64,000 bases of DNA. Source: an uncultured Candidatus Saccharibacteria bacterium. Lineage in GTDB: Bacteria > Patescibacteriota > Minisyncoccia > Portnoybacterales > UBA2143. Shown piece by piece: positions 53,252 to 62,611 of the stretch (position 1 is the stretch's first letter; the number at the start of each line of letters is the position of its first letter). Under the pieces are notes generated by a model that saw only the letters and a list, made by a program, of their open reading frames with translations, was not told where the DNA came from and did no database searches. A program made the position numbers and the translations under genes. The stretch lies in NCBI GenBank assembly GCA_964629675.1, contig CAZVUG010000005.1, forward strand, positions 5,806 to 69,805, given 5' to 3'.

Positions 53252-53866
53252 ATGGAACTAATTTTAGCTACGCTTGCGTCTTTAGTTATTGAATTTATCT
53301 CGGCTACTGGATATTTAGGCATTACTATTTTGATGGCTCTAGAAAGCGCCTGCATCCCTATTCCTTCAGAAGTTATTATGCCTTTTTCTGGATTTTTGGT
53401 TTTTGAAGGCGAACTTATTTTTTGGCAAGTAATTCTTTGGGGAACAATTGGCAATTTACTCGGCTCAATTTTAGCTTATCTGGTTGGTTTGTCTGGCGGG
53501 CGATCTTTAATTGAAAAATATGGCAAGTATTTTTTAATTTCTTCTTCAGATTTAGCCCGGGCTGACCATTGGTTTGCTAAATACGGCCAGGTAACAGTTC
53601 TTTTAAGCAGAGTCTTGCCAGTAGTCCGCACTTTTATTTCTTTACCAGCCGGAATTGCCCGAATGAATTTTTTTAAATTCTCTTTATATACTTTCCTTGG
53701 CTCTTTGCCGTGGGCTTTTGTTTTAACTTATGCCGGGCTAATCATGGGCAAAAATTGGTCTCAGTTAGAAAGTTATTTCAGAGAATTTGATTTAATTATT
53801 GGCTTTTTAATTATTTTAGGAATTATTTGGTGGATCTGGAGGCATTTTAAATCAAAAAATAATTAA
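53252..53866 (+). CDS. DedA/SNARE-associated (TVP38) family membrane protein
   Basis: 204 aa; multi-TM with the DedA signature region ...VLLSRVLPVVRTFISLPAG. Confidence 0.8.
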   Translation: MELILATLASLVIEFISATGYLGITILMALESACIPIPSEVIMPFSGFLVFEGELIFWQVILWGTIGNLLGSILAYLVGLSGGRSLIEKYGKYFLISSSDLARADHWFAKYGQVTVLLSRVLPVVRTFISLPAGIARMNFFKFSLYTFLGSLPWAFVLTYAGLIMGKNWSQLESYFREFDLIIGFLIILGIIWWIWRHFKSKNN

Positions 53867-53875
53867 TTTATTAAA

Positions 53876-54640
53876 ATGGATACAAAAAAGATTATTATTG
53901 CAAACTGGAAATGCAATCCTAATACTCGCCAACAGGCAGAGCATCTTTTGAATTCAATCAAAACAGAAATCCAAAGAGTAAAAGAAGTCGAAACGATTAT
54001 TTGTCCGCCATTTGTCTGGCTTTCTCTGTCAAAGTCTAAAATTGCTTTGGGCGCCCAAGACTGCCTTTGGGAAAAAGGAGGCCCTTATACCGGGGAAATT
54101 TCTCCGTGGATGCTGAAAGAGCTAGGTGTTGAGTATGTTATTATCGGCCATTCTGAGAGAAGAAAACATTTCCAAGAAACTGATGAGATGATTAACAAGA
54201 AAATAAAGGCAGCTTTAAAAGCAAGATTAAAGCCAATTTTATGCGTTGGCGAAGAGGCTAAAGATTCTTTTGATGCTAACGGAAAATTGCTTAATGAAAC
54301 AAGCTTGATTATTGGAGAACAGCTGGCAAAAGACATCCAGGGAATATCTGCTAATCAATTGAGCCAAATTATTATTGCCTATGAGCCAGTTTGGGCTATT
54401 GGCACAGGTAATCCTTGTTTGCCTGATGATGCTGTCAAGTCAATTCTTTTTTTGAGAAAAACTATTAGCAAGCTTTATAGCCGAAAAATAGCCGAGAAAG
54501 TAAAAATTATTTACGGTGGAAGTATCAATGAGCAAAATGCTGCTGGCTATTTAGAGGAAATAAGTATTGACGGTCTTTTGATTGGCGGGGCTTCTTTAAA
54601 TGCTAGCGAGTTTGTCAGAATTATTAAAAAAGTGAAATAA
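53876..54640 (+). CDS. tpiA: Triosephosphate isomerase
   Basis: IIANWKCN, GHSERR, AYEPVWAIGTG. Confidence 0.9.
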   Translation: MDTKKIIIANWKCNPNTRQQAEHLLNSIKTEIQRVKEVETIICPPFVWLSLSKSKIALGAQDCLWEKGGPYTGEISPWMLKELGVEYVIIGHSERRKHFQETDEMINKKIKAALKARLKPILCVGEEAKDSFDANGKLLNETSLIIGEQLAKDIQGISANQLSQIIIAYEPVWAIGTGNPCLPDDAVKSILFLRKTISKLYSRKIAEKVKIIYGGSINEQNAAGYLEEISIDGLLIGGASLNASEFVRIIKKVK

Positions 54641-55806
54641 TGAAATCTATTAGAGATTTTAATTTAAAAGATAAAAAAGTCTTAGTCCGGGCTGATTTTA
54701 ACGTTCCGATTAACAATCATCAAAAAATTAGCGATCAAGAAGATTGGCGACTCGAAGCGACTTTGCCAACAATTAATTATTTGCAGGAAAAAGGAGCTAA
54801 AATTATTCTAATGGCTCATCTTGGCAGGCCGGGAGGTAAAAAAGTAGAATATCTCAAGCTAGACTCAGTTGGCCAGAAACTATCAGAGCTTTTAGGAAAA
54901 AAAGTTTTAAAATTAGATGATTGTTTTGGCAAGGAAGTTAAGAAAAAGGTGGAAAATTTATCTAGCGGAGAAATTATTTTATTAGAGAATCTTCGTTTTT
55001 ATAAAGAAGAAGAGGAAAATGATGATCATTTTGCTAAGCAATTAGCTGAATTAGGCGATCTCTATATCAATGATGCTTTTGCTGTTTCTCATCGAGCTCA
55101 TGCTTCAGTTGTTGGTTTGCCGAAATATTTAGAAAGCGGTTCGGGACTACTTTTGGAAAAAGAAATTAAAACTCTCGCAAAAGTTTTAGATAATCCGGAT
55201 TATCCTTTGGCTGTAATCATGGGCGGTAAAAAGATTACAACTAAAATTAAAGTTATTAAATCTATCTTAAAAAAAGCAGATGATTTAATTTTGGCGGGCG
55301 CTCTGGCAAATGTTGTTATTAGCGCTAAGGGGATTGCTATTGGCAGTTCGATTACTGATGAAAATATGATTGAAGAAGTTCATAAGCTTGATTTAACTGA
55401 CACAAAAATTCATATCCCGGTAGATGTTATCGCCTGTTATGGATCAGAAGAAAAATCTCCTTGCCGAGTTTCTCCAGTAGGCCATATTAAAGAAAAAGAA
55501 ATGATTTTGGATATTGGCCCGGATACTTGCCAAATTTTTAAAAAAGTTATCTCGCAAGCCAAAACAATTATTTGGAACGGTCCAATGGGCTTGATGGAAA
55601 TAGAAAAGTTTGCCAAAGGAAGCCAAGAAATAGCTGAGGCCGTAGCGCAAAACAATGGTTTTTCAGTAGTCGGCGGCGGAGATACTATTAGTTTTTTAGA
55701 AAAAATAAATCTTAGGGAAAAGATGAATCATGTTTCTACAGGAGGGGCAGCCATGCTAAGTTTTTTAGCTAGAGAAAAATTACCTGGCATAGAAGCATTA
55801 GGATAA
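54640..55806 (+). CDS. pgk: Phosphoglycerate kinase
   Basis: 388 aa; VRADFNVP, ...AHLGRP, GGGDT. Confidence 0.9.
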   Translation: MKSIRDFNLKDKKVLVRADFNVPINNHQKISDQEDWRLEATLPTINYLQEKGAKIILMAHLGRPGGKKVEYLKLDSVGQKLSELLGKKVLKLDDCFGKEVKKKVENLSSGEIILLENLRFYKEEEENDDHFAKQLAELGDLYINDAFAVSHRAHASVVGLPKYLESGSGLLLEKEIKTLAKVLDNPDYPLAVIMGGKKITTKIKVIKSILKKADDLILAGALANVVISAKGIAIGSSITDENMIEEVHKLDLTDTKIHIPVDVIACYGSEEKSPCRVSPVGHIKEKEMILDIGPDTCQIFKKVISQAKTIIWNGPMGLMEIEKFAKGSQEIAEAVAQNNGFSVVGGGDTISFLEKINLREKMNHVSTGGAAMLSFLAREKLPGIEALG

Positions 55807-55819
55807 CTGGAAATTTTTT

Positions 55820-57547
55820 ATGCATTGGAATATTAAGCCAAAGGCGCCGGAGGATTTTTTAAAGAAATTTTCTGAATTTTCTCCATTAGTAATTCAATTA
55901 CTTTATAACCGTGGATTAAAAACTCAGGAACAAATTGATGAGTTTTTTGATTCTATCTACGGACCAGATGTTCACGATCCGTTCTTAATGAATGATATGG
56001 ATAAGGCGGTTGACCGCGTGCTGAAGGCAGTTAAAAAGAAAGAAAAAATAGCTATTTATGGTGATTATGATGCGGATGGCGTCTGCTCTTCGGCCATTTT
56101 ATTTTTTGTTCTTCAGTGCTTGGGCGTATCTAATATCAGAATCTATATTCCAGATCGCAAAGAAGAAAGCCATGGTTTGAATAAGAAAGCTATTAAAAAA
56201 TTAGCTGATGAAGGAATTAATCTGATCATCACCGTTGATTGCGCTAGCAATAATTTAGCAGAAATTGAATTAGCTAATTCTTTAAACTTAGAAGTTATTG
56301 TAACGGATCATCATGAATTAGAAGAAGAATTTCCCAAGGCAGTTGCTCTTATCAATCCTTATCATAATGATAACAGATATCCATTTCAAGATTTAGCTGG
56401 AGCAGGCGTAGCTTACAAACTAGGCCTAGCTCTTTTATCTAGCAAAAAGAGTAAATACGGCGAAGAATTAAAAAAACAATTATTAGACCTGGTGGCTATT
56501 GCGACGATAGCTGATGTAATGCCTCTAATTGGAGAAAACAGGATTCTAGTTAAAAGAGGCTTGAAAGTATTAACTGAAACTAGGTGGCTGGGGCTAAAAA
56601 AACTGATGGAATTAGCTAGAATAGAAATTCTGCCAGATGGCATTAATAGCTATGCTATTGGTTATTTTCTAGCTCCTCGGATAAATGTTGCTGGACGTTT
56701 GAATCATGCTAATAAAGCATTTGAACTTTTGACTACTGAAGATGAAGATGAAGCCTTAAGACTAGCTCAGGAATTGGAAGCAGATAATGTTATTAGGCAA
56801 AAAAGTACTGAAGTAATTGTCCAAGAATTAGAAAAAAGAATTCAGGCAAAAAAAGGAATTCCTAAATTATTTTTAGAAGGCGATGCTGAGTGGTCAGTTG
56901 GTCTTTTAGGCTTAGCTGCTGGTAAAATTGCGGAAAGGTATAGCCGGCCGACAATAATTTACCAAGAAAGAGACGGTTTTATTTTTGCTTCCTCTCGCAG
57001 TATTCCTTCTTTTGATTTGTTTGATGCTTTAAAACAATGCGATAATCTGCTGGAAAAATTCGGCGGACATAAAGCTGCTGCAGGTTTTACTGCCAAAAAA
57101 GAAAATCTAGAGAAAATTAGGAAAAAGTTAACAGCAATAGCCGAAGAAAAATTAACAGCAGAGGATTTAATTCCTACTTTAAATATTGAAGCTGAATTGC
57201 CTTTGGCGGAAATGAATCTGCAGAACTATGAAAAGATTCAAAAATTTGCTCCTTTCGGCAAAGGTAATCTAATGCCAAAATTATTAGCTAGAGGATTAGA
57301 AATAGTAGAATTAAGGGAAGTTGGCAATTCAGGCAAGCATTTAAAGCTTCTTTTGAGAATGTTTAATGGCGATGCTAAACTGGCTAAAAATTTCAAAGCA
57401 ATTGGTTTTAACTTAAGTGCTGAATGGCGGGGTAAATTAAAAGTTGGCAGTTTAATTGACGTAGTTTTTGAAATGGGAGTTAATGAATGGATGGGCTATC
57501 GAGATCTAGAAATGAAAATAAATGATATTAAAATACAAAATTTATGA
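55820..57547 (+). CDS. recJ: Single-stranded-DNA-specific exonuclease RecJ (DHH + DHHA1)
   Basis: 575 aa; DYDADG, ITVDCA, TDHH motifs; DHHA1 GGH.AAAG. Confidence 0.85.
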   Translation: MHWNIKPKAPEDFLKKFSEFSPLVIQLLYNRGLKTQEQIDEFFDSIYGPDVHDPFLMNDMDKAVDRVLKAVKKKEKIAIYGDYDADGVCSSAILFFVLQCLGVSNIRIYIPDRKEESHGLNKKAIKKLADEGINLIITVDCASNNLAEIELANSLNLEVIVTDHHELEEEFPKAVALINPYHNDNRYPFQDLAGAGVAYKLGLALLSSKKSKYGEELKKQLLDLVAIATIADVMPLIGENRILVKRGLKVLTETRWLGLKKLMELARIEILPDGINSYAIGYFLAPRINVAGRLNHANKAFELLTTEDEDEALRLAQELEADNVIRQKSTEVIVQELEKRIQAKKGIPKLFLEGDAEWSVGLLGLAAGKIAERYSRPTIIYQERDGFIFASSRSIPSFDLFDALKQCDNLLEKFGGHKAAAGFTAKKENLEKIRKKLTAIAEEKLTAEDLIPTLNIEAELPLAEMNLQNYEKIQKFAPFGKGNLMPKLLARGLEIVELREVGNSGKHLKLLLRMFNGDAKLAKNFKAIGFNLSAEWRGKLKVGSLIDVVFEMGVNEWMGYRDLEMKINDIKIQNL

Positions 57548-57978
57548 AAATTATTACCTATACCGATGGCGGAGCAAGAGGTAATCCCGGGCCGGCAGCC
57601 ATTGGAGTAGTTATTAAACAAGAAGGACAAACTCTTAAAAAATATCAGGAATTTATTGGCAAGAGAACCAACAATCAGGCTGAATACCAAGCTATTATTT
57701 TAGCTTTAGAGAAAGCTAAGCTGCTTTTTGGCAAAAAGCAAACTAAAGACTTAGAAATTGAAATGAGAATTGATAGCGAGTTAGCAGTTAAACAATTAAA
57801 TCATCAGTATAAAATTAAAGAAAAAGATTTAATTCCTTTATTTATTAAAATTTGGAATTTGATGCTTGATTTTAAGCAAATTATTTTTAAGCATATTCCA
57901 CGAACGGAAAATACAGAAGCTGACCAATTGGTTAATCAAGCTTTAGATGAGCAGGGAAAAATCCAGACCCTTCTTTAA
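57544..57978 (+). CDS. rnhA: Ribonuclease H I-like
   Basis: 144 aa; YTDGGARGNPGPAAIG...NNQAEYQAIILALE. Confidence 0.75.
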   Translation: MKIITYTDGGARGNPGPAAIGVVIKQEGQTLKKYQEFIGKRTNNQAEYQAIILALEKAKLLFGKKQTKDLEIEMRIDSELAVKQLNHQYKIKEKDLIPLFIKIWNLMLDFKQIIFKHIPRTENTEADQLVNQALDEQGKIQTLL

Positions 57979-58061
57979 ATTAATGATGCTTGACTATTTT
58001 AGGTAGAGAGATAAGATTAGGAGAATAGATAGTTTTTTAATAATATAAAAAGGAGGTAAAG

Positions 58062-58448
58062 ATGAAATGTTGGATAGATAATAGCTTGTGTCCTTATCAA
58101 ACTGGCAATGATAAATATGGCTTTCTCTCTATGCCAAGCAATTTTTGCCGCGATTGTAATTTTTTTAAATCTAATCTGGACGATATCAAAATGATTTTAG
58201 AAGAAATAGAAATACCTACGTCGTTAGATGAGGAGGAATATAATGTTGATTTTTATTTTTGCGAAGAAGTTTTAGATAATCTTGATAGTCCTAGAATTAT
58301 TCTGGCTTCCCTAAAAATGTTGGAAAAATCAATAAGGAAACAAAACAAAGGAAAGGAAATAAGCCCAAAACAAGATTATTTATTATCGCAAATTATCTCA
58401 ATAAAGGAAATTTTTCTTTCCCGGGTCTATCTAAGTAAAAATTTTTAA
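58062..58448 (+). CDS. Hypothetical Cys-rich small protein (C3, C10, C29, C32, then an acidic region)
   Basis: 128 aa with a very strong SD (AAAAGGAGGTAAAG-ATG) and its own promoter-like TTGACT at 57991. Followed by a hairpin terminator. Confidence 0.55.
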   Translation: MKCWIDNSLCPYQTGNDKYGFLSMPSNFCRDCNFFKSNLDDIKMILEEIEIPTSLDEEEYNVDFYFCEEVLDNLDSPRIILASLKMLEKSIRKQNKGKEISPKQDYLLSQIISIKEIFLSRVYLSKNF

Positions 58449-58469
58449 TTTACAAATCAGTTGTAAAAT

Positions 58470-58498
58470 AGGCAGTTCAGAAATGATCTGCCTTTTTT
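58470..58498 (+). terminator. Rho-independent terminator (AGGCAG-...-CTGCCT + TTTTTT)
   Basis: aggcagttcagaaatgatctgccttttttc. Confidence 0.65.
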
Positions 58499-58537
58499 CT
58501 TGACATTGTTTTTAAGAAAGTGTTATTATTAAATAAT

Positions 58538-58878
58538 CCAAGTAAGTGAGGCAGTTGCCTTGTTTTTTAAACAGGGAGGAAAGTCCGGGCACCGCAAGTG
58601 GCAGTGGGTAACGCCCACCGTCTGTGAGGATAGGGAAAGTGCCACAGAGACAATATTTCTTTACTTTAGGGGAAATCTCCTAAAGCAGAGTAAAGGTGAA
58701 AAGTGAAGGATTAAGACCCTTCTCCCCGAAGGGAGACCTTCTGGGGTGGTAAACCCTGCCTGGTGCAAGAGCAAATAGAGTAGCTCGCTTGAGCCTATTA
58801 GCAATAATAGGCCTAGATAGATGACTGCCTTTGCTTTATTAATAAAGCAAAACAGAACCCGGCTTACAGCTTGCTTGG
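58538..58878 (+). ncRNA. rnpB: RNase P RNA, bacterial type A
   Basis: Universal P4 halves GGGAGGAAAGTCCGGGC (5') and ACAGAACCCGGCTTA (3'), plus GCCTAGATAGATGACTGCC. P1 pairing CCAAGTAAG / CTTGCTTGG defines the ends. Promoter TTGACA at 58499 + 17 nt + TTATTA. Confidence 0.85.
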
Positions 58879-58887
58879 ATTAAAAAG

Positions 58888-58912
58888 AATACGTCTGCTG
58901 ACGTATTTTTTT
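58888..58912 (+). terminator. Rho-independent terminator after rnpB (AATACGTC-tgct-GACGTATT + T7)
   Basis: An 8-bp perfect stem followed by TTTTTTT. Confidence 0.7.
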
Positions 58913-58971
58913 AATTTAAGCAAAATACTGCTTATTGATTTATCGCTTGAAATTAATTAGAATGAATACTA

Positions 58972-60360
58972 ATGAAGAAATCAGAACTTGTTTTTAGCGC
59001 TATCTTAGTCCCTCTGGACTTTATAATGCTTTTAGGGGCTGGTTTAGCTTCTTATTTTTTGCGAACTAGTTCCTGGGTGATCCAATATCGGCCAGTCCTT
59101 TTTAGTCTTAATCTTTCTTTTAATAAATATCTTATATTGCTTTTAGGAGTTTCTATTTTATTTCTCGCTATTTTTACTTTAGTCGGCCTTTATAGAATTA
59201 GAAATATCCGTTCTCTTTTGGAAGATTTTTTGAAAATTGTTGTTGGTATTTCAGCTGGAATTATGGTTTTGGTTTTTTATATCTTTCTTAGCCGAGAATG
59301 GTTTAATTCCCGATTCTTAATTTTAGCCGGCTGGTTTTTAGCAATATCATTAGTTTTTTTAGGCCGCCTTTTAGTTTATCGCTTCCAAAAATACTTAAGA
59401 AGAAAATATCATTTTGGCGTGCCCAAAGTTTTAATTATTGGCAAAGATGGTATTAGTCGCAAGATTATGCAAAGCATTGAGAATAATCCTGATTTAGGCT
59501 ATCAACTGGCAGCTCATTTAATTGAGCCTGATTTAAAAGAAATTGAAGCAAAAAAGAATGACCTTGGCATAGATGAAATTATTTTAGCTGATCCTAATTG
59601 GCCCCGCCAGCGGATTATTGAATTAATTAATTTCTGCGAAGACAATTATTTGATTTTTAAATTTGTTCCTAATCTTTTTCAAACTTTAACTGCTAATACA
59701 TCAGTGGAGACATTAGGCGATGTTCCAGTGGTAGAACTGAAAAGAACTGCCTTGGAGGGCTGGGGAAGAATTAACAAAAGAATAATTGATTTTATTGGCT
59801 CATTATTTGGCTTAATTTTACTTTCGCCTTTTTTTGTCTTGATTGCTTTAATTATTAAAATTAATTCAGCTGGTCCTGTTTTTGTCCGCTTGGATCGTAT
59901 AAGCCAAGGCAAGAAATTTAGAGTTTATAAATTTAGATCAATGGTTAAAAATGCCGAAGAATTAAAAAAAGAACTCTTGCCTTATAACGAGAGAAAAGAC
60001 GGTCCTTTGTTTAAAATGAAAAATGATCCAAGGATAACTAAAGTTGGCCATTTTTTAAGAAAATACCGCATTGATGAATTTCCTCAATTAATCAATGTTT
60101 TAAAAGGAGAAATGAGCTTAGTCGGCCCGCGTCCTCATCAGCCGGATGAAATTGAAAAATACCAGCAGCACCATCGAAAAGTTTTAGCGATTAAGGCAGG
60201 AATGACTGGCTTTGCCCAAGCCAGCGGCAGTTCAGATCTCCCTTTCGAAGAAGAAATTAAATTAGATACTTATTATGTTGAAAACTGGTCATTGCTCTTA
60301 GACTTAAAAATATTCTTAAAGACTTGGTTAATTTTGTTTAAAGACAGATCAGCTTGTTAA
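58972..60360 (+). CDS. Polyprenyl-phosphate sugar phosphotransferase (bacterial sugar transferase, WbaP/CpsE-like priming enzyme)
   Basis: 462 aa; N-terminal TM helices and the C-terminal Bac_transf block PVFVRLDRISQGKKFRVYKFRSM....GPLFKMKNDPRITKVG...DEFPQLINVLKGEMSLVGPRP. Confidence 0.85.
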   Translation: MKKSELVFSAILVPLDFIMLLGAGLASYFLRTSSWVIQYRPVLFSLNLSFNKYLILLLGVSILFLAIFTLVGLYRIRNIRSLLEDFLKIVVGISAGIMVLVFYIFLSREWFNSRFLILAGWFLAISLVFLGRLLVYRFQKYLRRKYHFGVPKVLIIGKDGISRKIMQSIENNPDLGYQLAAHLIEPDLKEIEAKKNDLGIDEIILADPNWPRQRIIELINFCEDNYLIFKFVPNLFQTLTANTSVETLGDVPVVELKRTALEGWGRINKRIIDFIGSLFGLILLSPFFVLIALIIKINSAGPVFVRLDRISQGKKFRVYKFRSMVKNAEELKKELLPYNERKDGPLFKMKNDPRITKVGHFLRKYRIDEFPQLINVLKGEMSLVGPRPHQPDEIEKYQQHHRKVLAIKAGMTGFAQASGSSDLPFEEEIKLDTYYVENWSLLLDLKIFLKTWLILFKDRSAC

Positions 60361-60374
60361 AAATAAAAAGAAGC

Positions 60375-61457
60375 ATGAAAGTAGCCTTAGTGCACGATTA
60401 TCTTAACCAATACGGAGGGGGGGAAAGGGTTTTGGAAGCGCTCTGTCAAATTTTTCCTAAAGCGCCTATTTATACTCTGCTTTATGATAAAAAGAGAACT
60501 GGCTTTGCTTTTGCAAACAGAGAAATTCATACTTCTTTTCTGCAAAAAGTTCCTTTTGTCAAATCTCACCATCGGCCTTTTTTAATGCTGATGCCTTTGG
60601 CTATTGAACAATTTGATTTTTCTTCTTTTGACTTGGTTATTTCTGATTCAGCGAGCTATGCTAAAGGAGCCGTGACTGCTTCAGAAGCAAATCATATCTG
60701 CTATTGCCATACGCCGATCCGTTATGCCTGGGATGATTCTCATCGATACATTGAAGAATTTGGCTATTCTAATCCGATCAAGAAAGTAATTCCTTTTTTT
60801 ATGAACTATATCCGTCTTTGGGATGAGCAAGCAGCCCAAAGAGTAGATTGTTTTTTAGCTAATTCTAATTTTGTCGCTAAAAGAATTAAGAAGTATTATC
60901 ACCGCGAATCAACTGTCATTTATCCGCCAGTAAAGACAAAACTTTTCTATACTGCTTCCAGCAATAATCCTTATTTCTTAATGGTTGGTCGCTTTCTGCC
61001 ATACAAAAGATTTGATCTGGCTATTGACGCTTTTAATCATTTGGGGCTTCCGCTAAAAATTGTTGGCGACGGTCCGGAAAAAAAGAAACTGCAGAAAAGA
61101 GCTAGGCCGAATATAGAATTCGTTGGCTTAGTTCCAGAAAATAAATTGAGGGATTACTATGCTTATTCTCAAGCTTTCGTTTTTCCCCAAGAAGAAGACT
61201 TTGGTATTACGGCTGTAGAATCAATTGCTGCCGGCAAACCAGTCATTGCTTATCAGGCTGGCGGTGTTTTAGAAATCATCAAGGAAGGAATAAGCGGAAT
61301 GTTCTTTAAAGAGCAAACAGCAGAATCTTTAATAGAAACTTTAAAAAAATTTAAACCGGAAAATTTTGATTCAGAAATTATTAGAAAAGAAGCAGAAAAA
61401 TTTGACCAAGATCGTTTTATAAAAAATATCGAAGAATACATTAAAAGCAAAATTTAA
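60375..61457 (+). CDS. GT4-family glycosyltransferase
   Basis: Start moved to MKVALVHDYL; GT-B fold, C-terminal E..G....E motif region. Confidence 0.8.
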   Translation: MKVALVHDYLNQYGGGERVLEALCQIFPKAPIYTLLYDKKRTGFAFANREIHTSFLQKVPFVKSHHRPFLMLMPLAIEQFDFSSFDLVISDSASYAKGAVTASEANHICYCHTPIRYAWDDSHRYIEEFGYSNPIKKVIPFFMNYIRLWDEQAAQRVDCFLANSNFVAKRIKKYYHRESTVIYPPVKTKLFYTASSNNPYFLMVGRFLPYKRFDLAIDAFNHLGLPLKIVGDGPEKKKLQKRARPNIEFVGLVPENKLRDYYAYSQAFVFPQEEDFGITAVESIAAGKPVIAYQAGGVLEIIKEGISGMFFKEQTAESLIETLKKFKPENFDSEIIRKEAEKFDQDRFIKNIEEYIKSKI

Positions 61458-61459
61458 TT

Positions 61460-62611
61460 ATGACTATTGGTATTGATATTAGAGTCTTAGCTCGCGGAAC
61501 AAGGACAGGCATAGAGGAGTATACGATTAATCTTCTATCTCATCTTTTGCCATTAGAACCAAAAATTAATTTCAAGCTTTTTTACAATGCCTACCAAAAG
61601 ATAGATTTGGATTATCCTTGGATTAACCTGCCGAATGTCGAGTTAAAAGATTTTAGGATACCTAACCGTCTTTTTTTCGCTTCAGCTGGCTATCTTAACC
61701 AGCCCAAAATTGATAAATTATTAGGTGATATCGATATCTATTTTAACCCTCATTTCTTTGCTGCACCGCTTTCGCCTCGCTTAAAAAAGGTTGTAACTTT
61801 CCATGATCTTTCTTTCGAGCATCATCCTTGCTTTTTTTCCTGGCGAAAAAGATTATGGCAAAAATTTTTAATGAATACTCGGAAAGAAGCGCAAAAAGCA
61901 GACCGAATTATTGCTGTCTCTAAATCGACAAAGGAAGATTTAATTAATTTTTATAAAATTGAGCCGCAGAAAATAAAAGTTATTTATTCCGGATTAGGCG
62001 AGCGTTTTCTTAATAATAAAAAGGAAAATCAAGAAGAAAAAATAGAAAGCATTAAGAAGAAATATAATTTACCCGATAGGTTTATTTTATATTTTGGCAC
62101 TATTGAACCTCGTAAAAATATTATTGGCTTAATTAAAGCTTTTGCAATATTGAGGAAAAAGCATTCCCTTAAACTAGTTGTTGCCGGAGCTCAGGGCTGG
62201 CTGGAAAAGGATATTTTTCGAGCAGCCCGGGAATCAGAATTTAGAAATGATATTATTTTTCCCGGCTTTATTGAAGAAGAAGACAAGCCTGTCCTTTACA
62301 ACTTAGCAGAACTTTTTATCTACCCGAGCTTTTTTGAGGGATTCGGCTTTCCTCCTCTAGAAGCAATGGCTTGCGGTTTGCCGACAATTGTCTCGCATTC
62401 TTCTTCCTTGTCAGAAGTTGTTGGTAGGGGAGCTTTAATGGTTAATCCTTACCACATTGATGAATTAGCTTGGGCAGCAAGAACAATTTTAGAAGACCAA
62501 AGATTAAGAGAAAACCTTATCTCTGAAGGGCGGAGGCAAATACGAAAATTTTCCTGGCAGAGATGCGCTGTCAAAACATTAGAAGTTTTAAAAAATGATA
62601 ATTGGAATTGA
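61460..62611 (+). CDS. GT4-family glycosyltransferase
   Basis: 383 aa; ...FFEGFGFPPLEAMACGLPTIVS. Confidence 0.8.
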   Translation: MTIGIDIRVLARGTRTGIEEYTINLLSHLLPLEPKINFKLFYNAYQKIDLDYPWINLPNVELKDFRIPNRLFFASAGYLNQPKIDKLLGDIDIYFNPHFFAAPLSPRLKKVVTFHDLSFEHHPCFFSWRKRLWQKFLMNTRKEAQKADRIIAVSKSTKEDLINFYKIEPQKIKVIYSGLGERFLNNKKENQEEKIESIKKKYNLPDRFILYFGTIEPRKNIIGLIKAFAILRKKHSLKLVVAGAQGWLEKDIFRAARESEFRNDIIFPGFIEEEDKPVLYNLAELFIYPSFFEGFGFPPLEAMACGLPTIVSHSSSLSEVVGRGALMVNPYHIDELAWAARTILEDQRLRENLISEGRRQIRKFSWQRCAVKTLEVLKNDNWN

